From contig NC_043003.1 in NCBI RefSeq assembly GCF_006345805.1, positions 99,076,001 through 99,140,000 of the forward strand: a DNA stretch of 64,000 nucleotides. The letters are read 5' to 3'. The translations under genes and the position numbers were made by a program. The DNA comes from Octopus sinensis. Taxonomy: Eukaryota. The stretch's first letter is position 1, and each line of letters starts with the position of its first letter. This document shows, in pieces, positions 63,490 to 64,000 of the stretch. Below the pieces are notes generated by a model. It was given only the letters and a program-made list of their open reading frames with translations, did no database searches and was not told the origin of the DNA.

Positions 63490-64000
63490 TTTTTAAAGGT
63501 TTAATAATAAAAAAATAAGAACTAATTAATCAATAATGTATTCGCTCTTGTTGTTTACAACTTCTTCCCAACGTTAAACAAGATTTGCAATACCTCGTTG
63601 GTAGAAATCACCCGATTTCGACTCGAAAAATTGATCCAACCAAGCTCACAATTCCACATCAGTACTGAACGAAACTCCGCGCATAGCATTTGAAGGAGAT
63701 CGAAAAAGGTGGAAATTTGTTGGTGCCAAATCAACAAAGTACGGTGGGTGTAGCAGCACTTCACAGCCATGCGTTTGAATGGCTTCCTTGGTCATATTGG
63801 CAATATGAGGGTGGGCGTTGTAGTGCAGCAGAAGAACTCCATGCTGATGATTAGGTCTTTTCTCTTGAATAGCCGTGGTGAGTCGTTCCATCTGTTGAAC
63901 ACAGAGTTCCGGGTTGACCGTTTGGTTCCGTTCAAGCAATTCGTAATGGATAATCCCTTCCCAGTCCCACTATACGCTAAACATCGCTTTACGCGGATGA
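63490..64000 (-). mobile_element. mariner transposase 3' half, decayed, runs off the window
   Basis: GVLLLHYNAHPHIANMTKEAIQTHGCEVLLHPPYFVDLAPTNFHLFRS (degenerate HDNARPH and HPPYSPDLAP.D motifs). Confidence 0.9.

Noticed and set aside
1-64000. Bacterial, phage or defence-type system
   Set aside because: No operon-like ORF density, ribosome-binding sites or recognisable prokaryotic proteins; the composition is that of an animal genome

Overview
This is AT-rich, extremely repeat-dense eukaryotic non-coding DNA (intron or intergenic). The abundant tRNA-derived SINE families and dense (TA)n/(CA)n/(TACA)n/(GATA)n microsatellites are most consistent with an octopus (coleoid cephalopod) genome; that assignment is inference, not a database match. 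I found no intact protein-coding gene, no CRISPR array and no prokaryotic system, and nearly all ORFs in the track are microsatellite artefacts or decayed transposon fragments. Recognisable content: dozens of SINEs of at least three families; a decayed 3.4-kb CR1-group LINE; a Penelope-like element with inverted ends; CR1, RTE and Tx1/L1-type LINE fragments; mariner and DD37D-like Tc1/mariner relics; a Helitron relic; a Helentron-type non-autonomous element; a 5S rRNA pseudogene; and a 31-bp palindromic minisatellite next to telomere-like repeats. The best leads concern retroelement biology: (1) a LINE 3' tail sharing a compensatory-covarying stem-loop with the dominant SINE family; (2) a Tx1-type LINE fragment embedded in (GATA)n on both sides; (3) a thrice-repeated hammerhead-ribozyme-like motif with a consistent A6->U core variant; (4) six short fold-back inserts beside microsatellites, possibly made by Penelope-type machinery; (5) a 2x2 head/tail module exchange among SINEs. 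Repeat boundaries were read by eye and are approximate (about +/-10-20 bp) unless a TSD is quoted.
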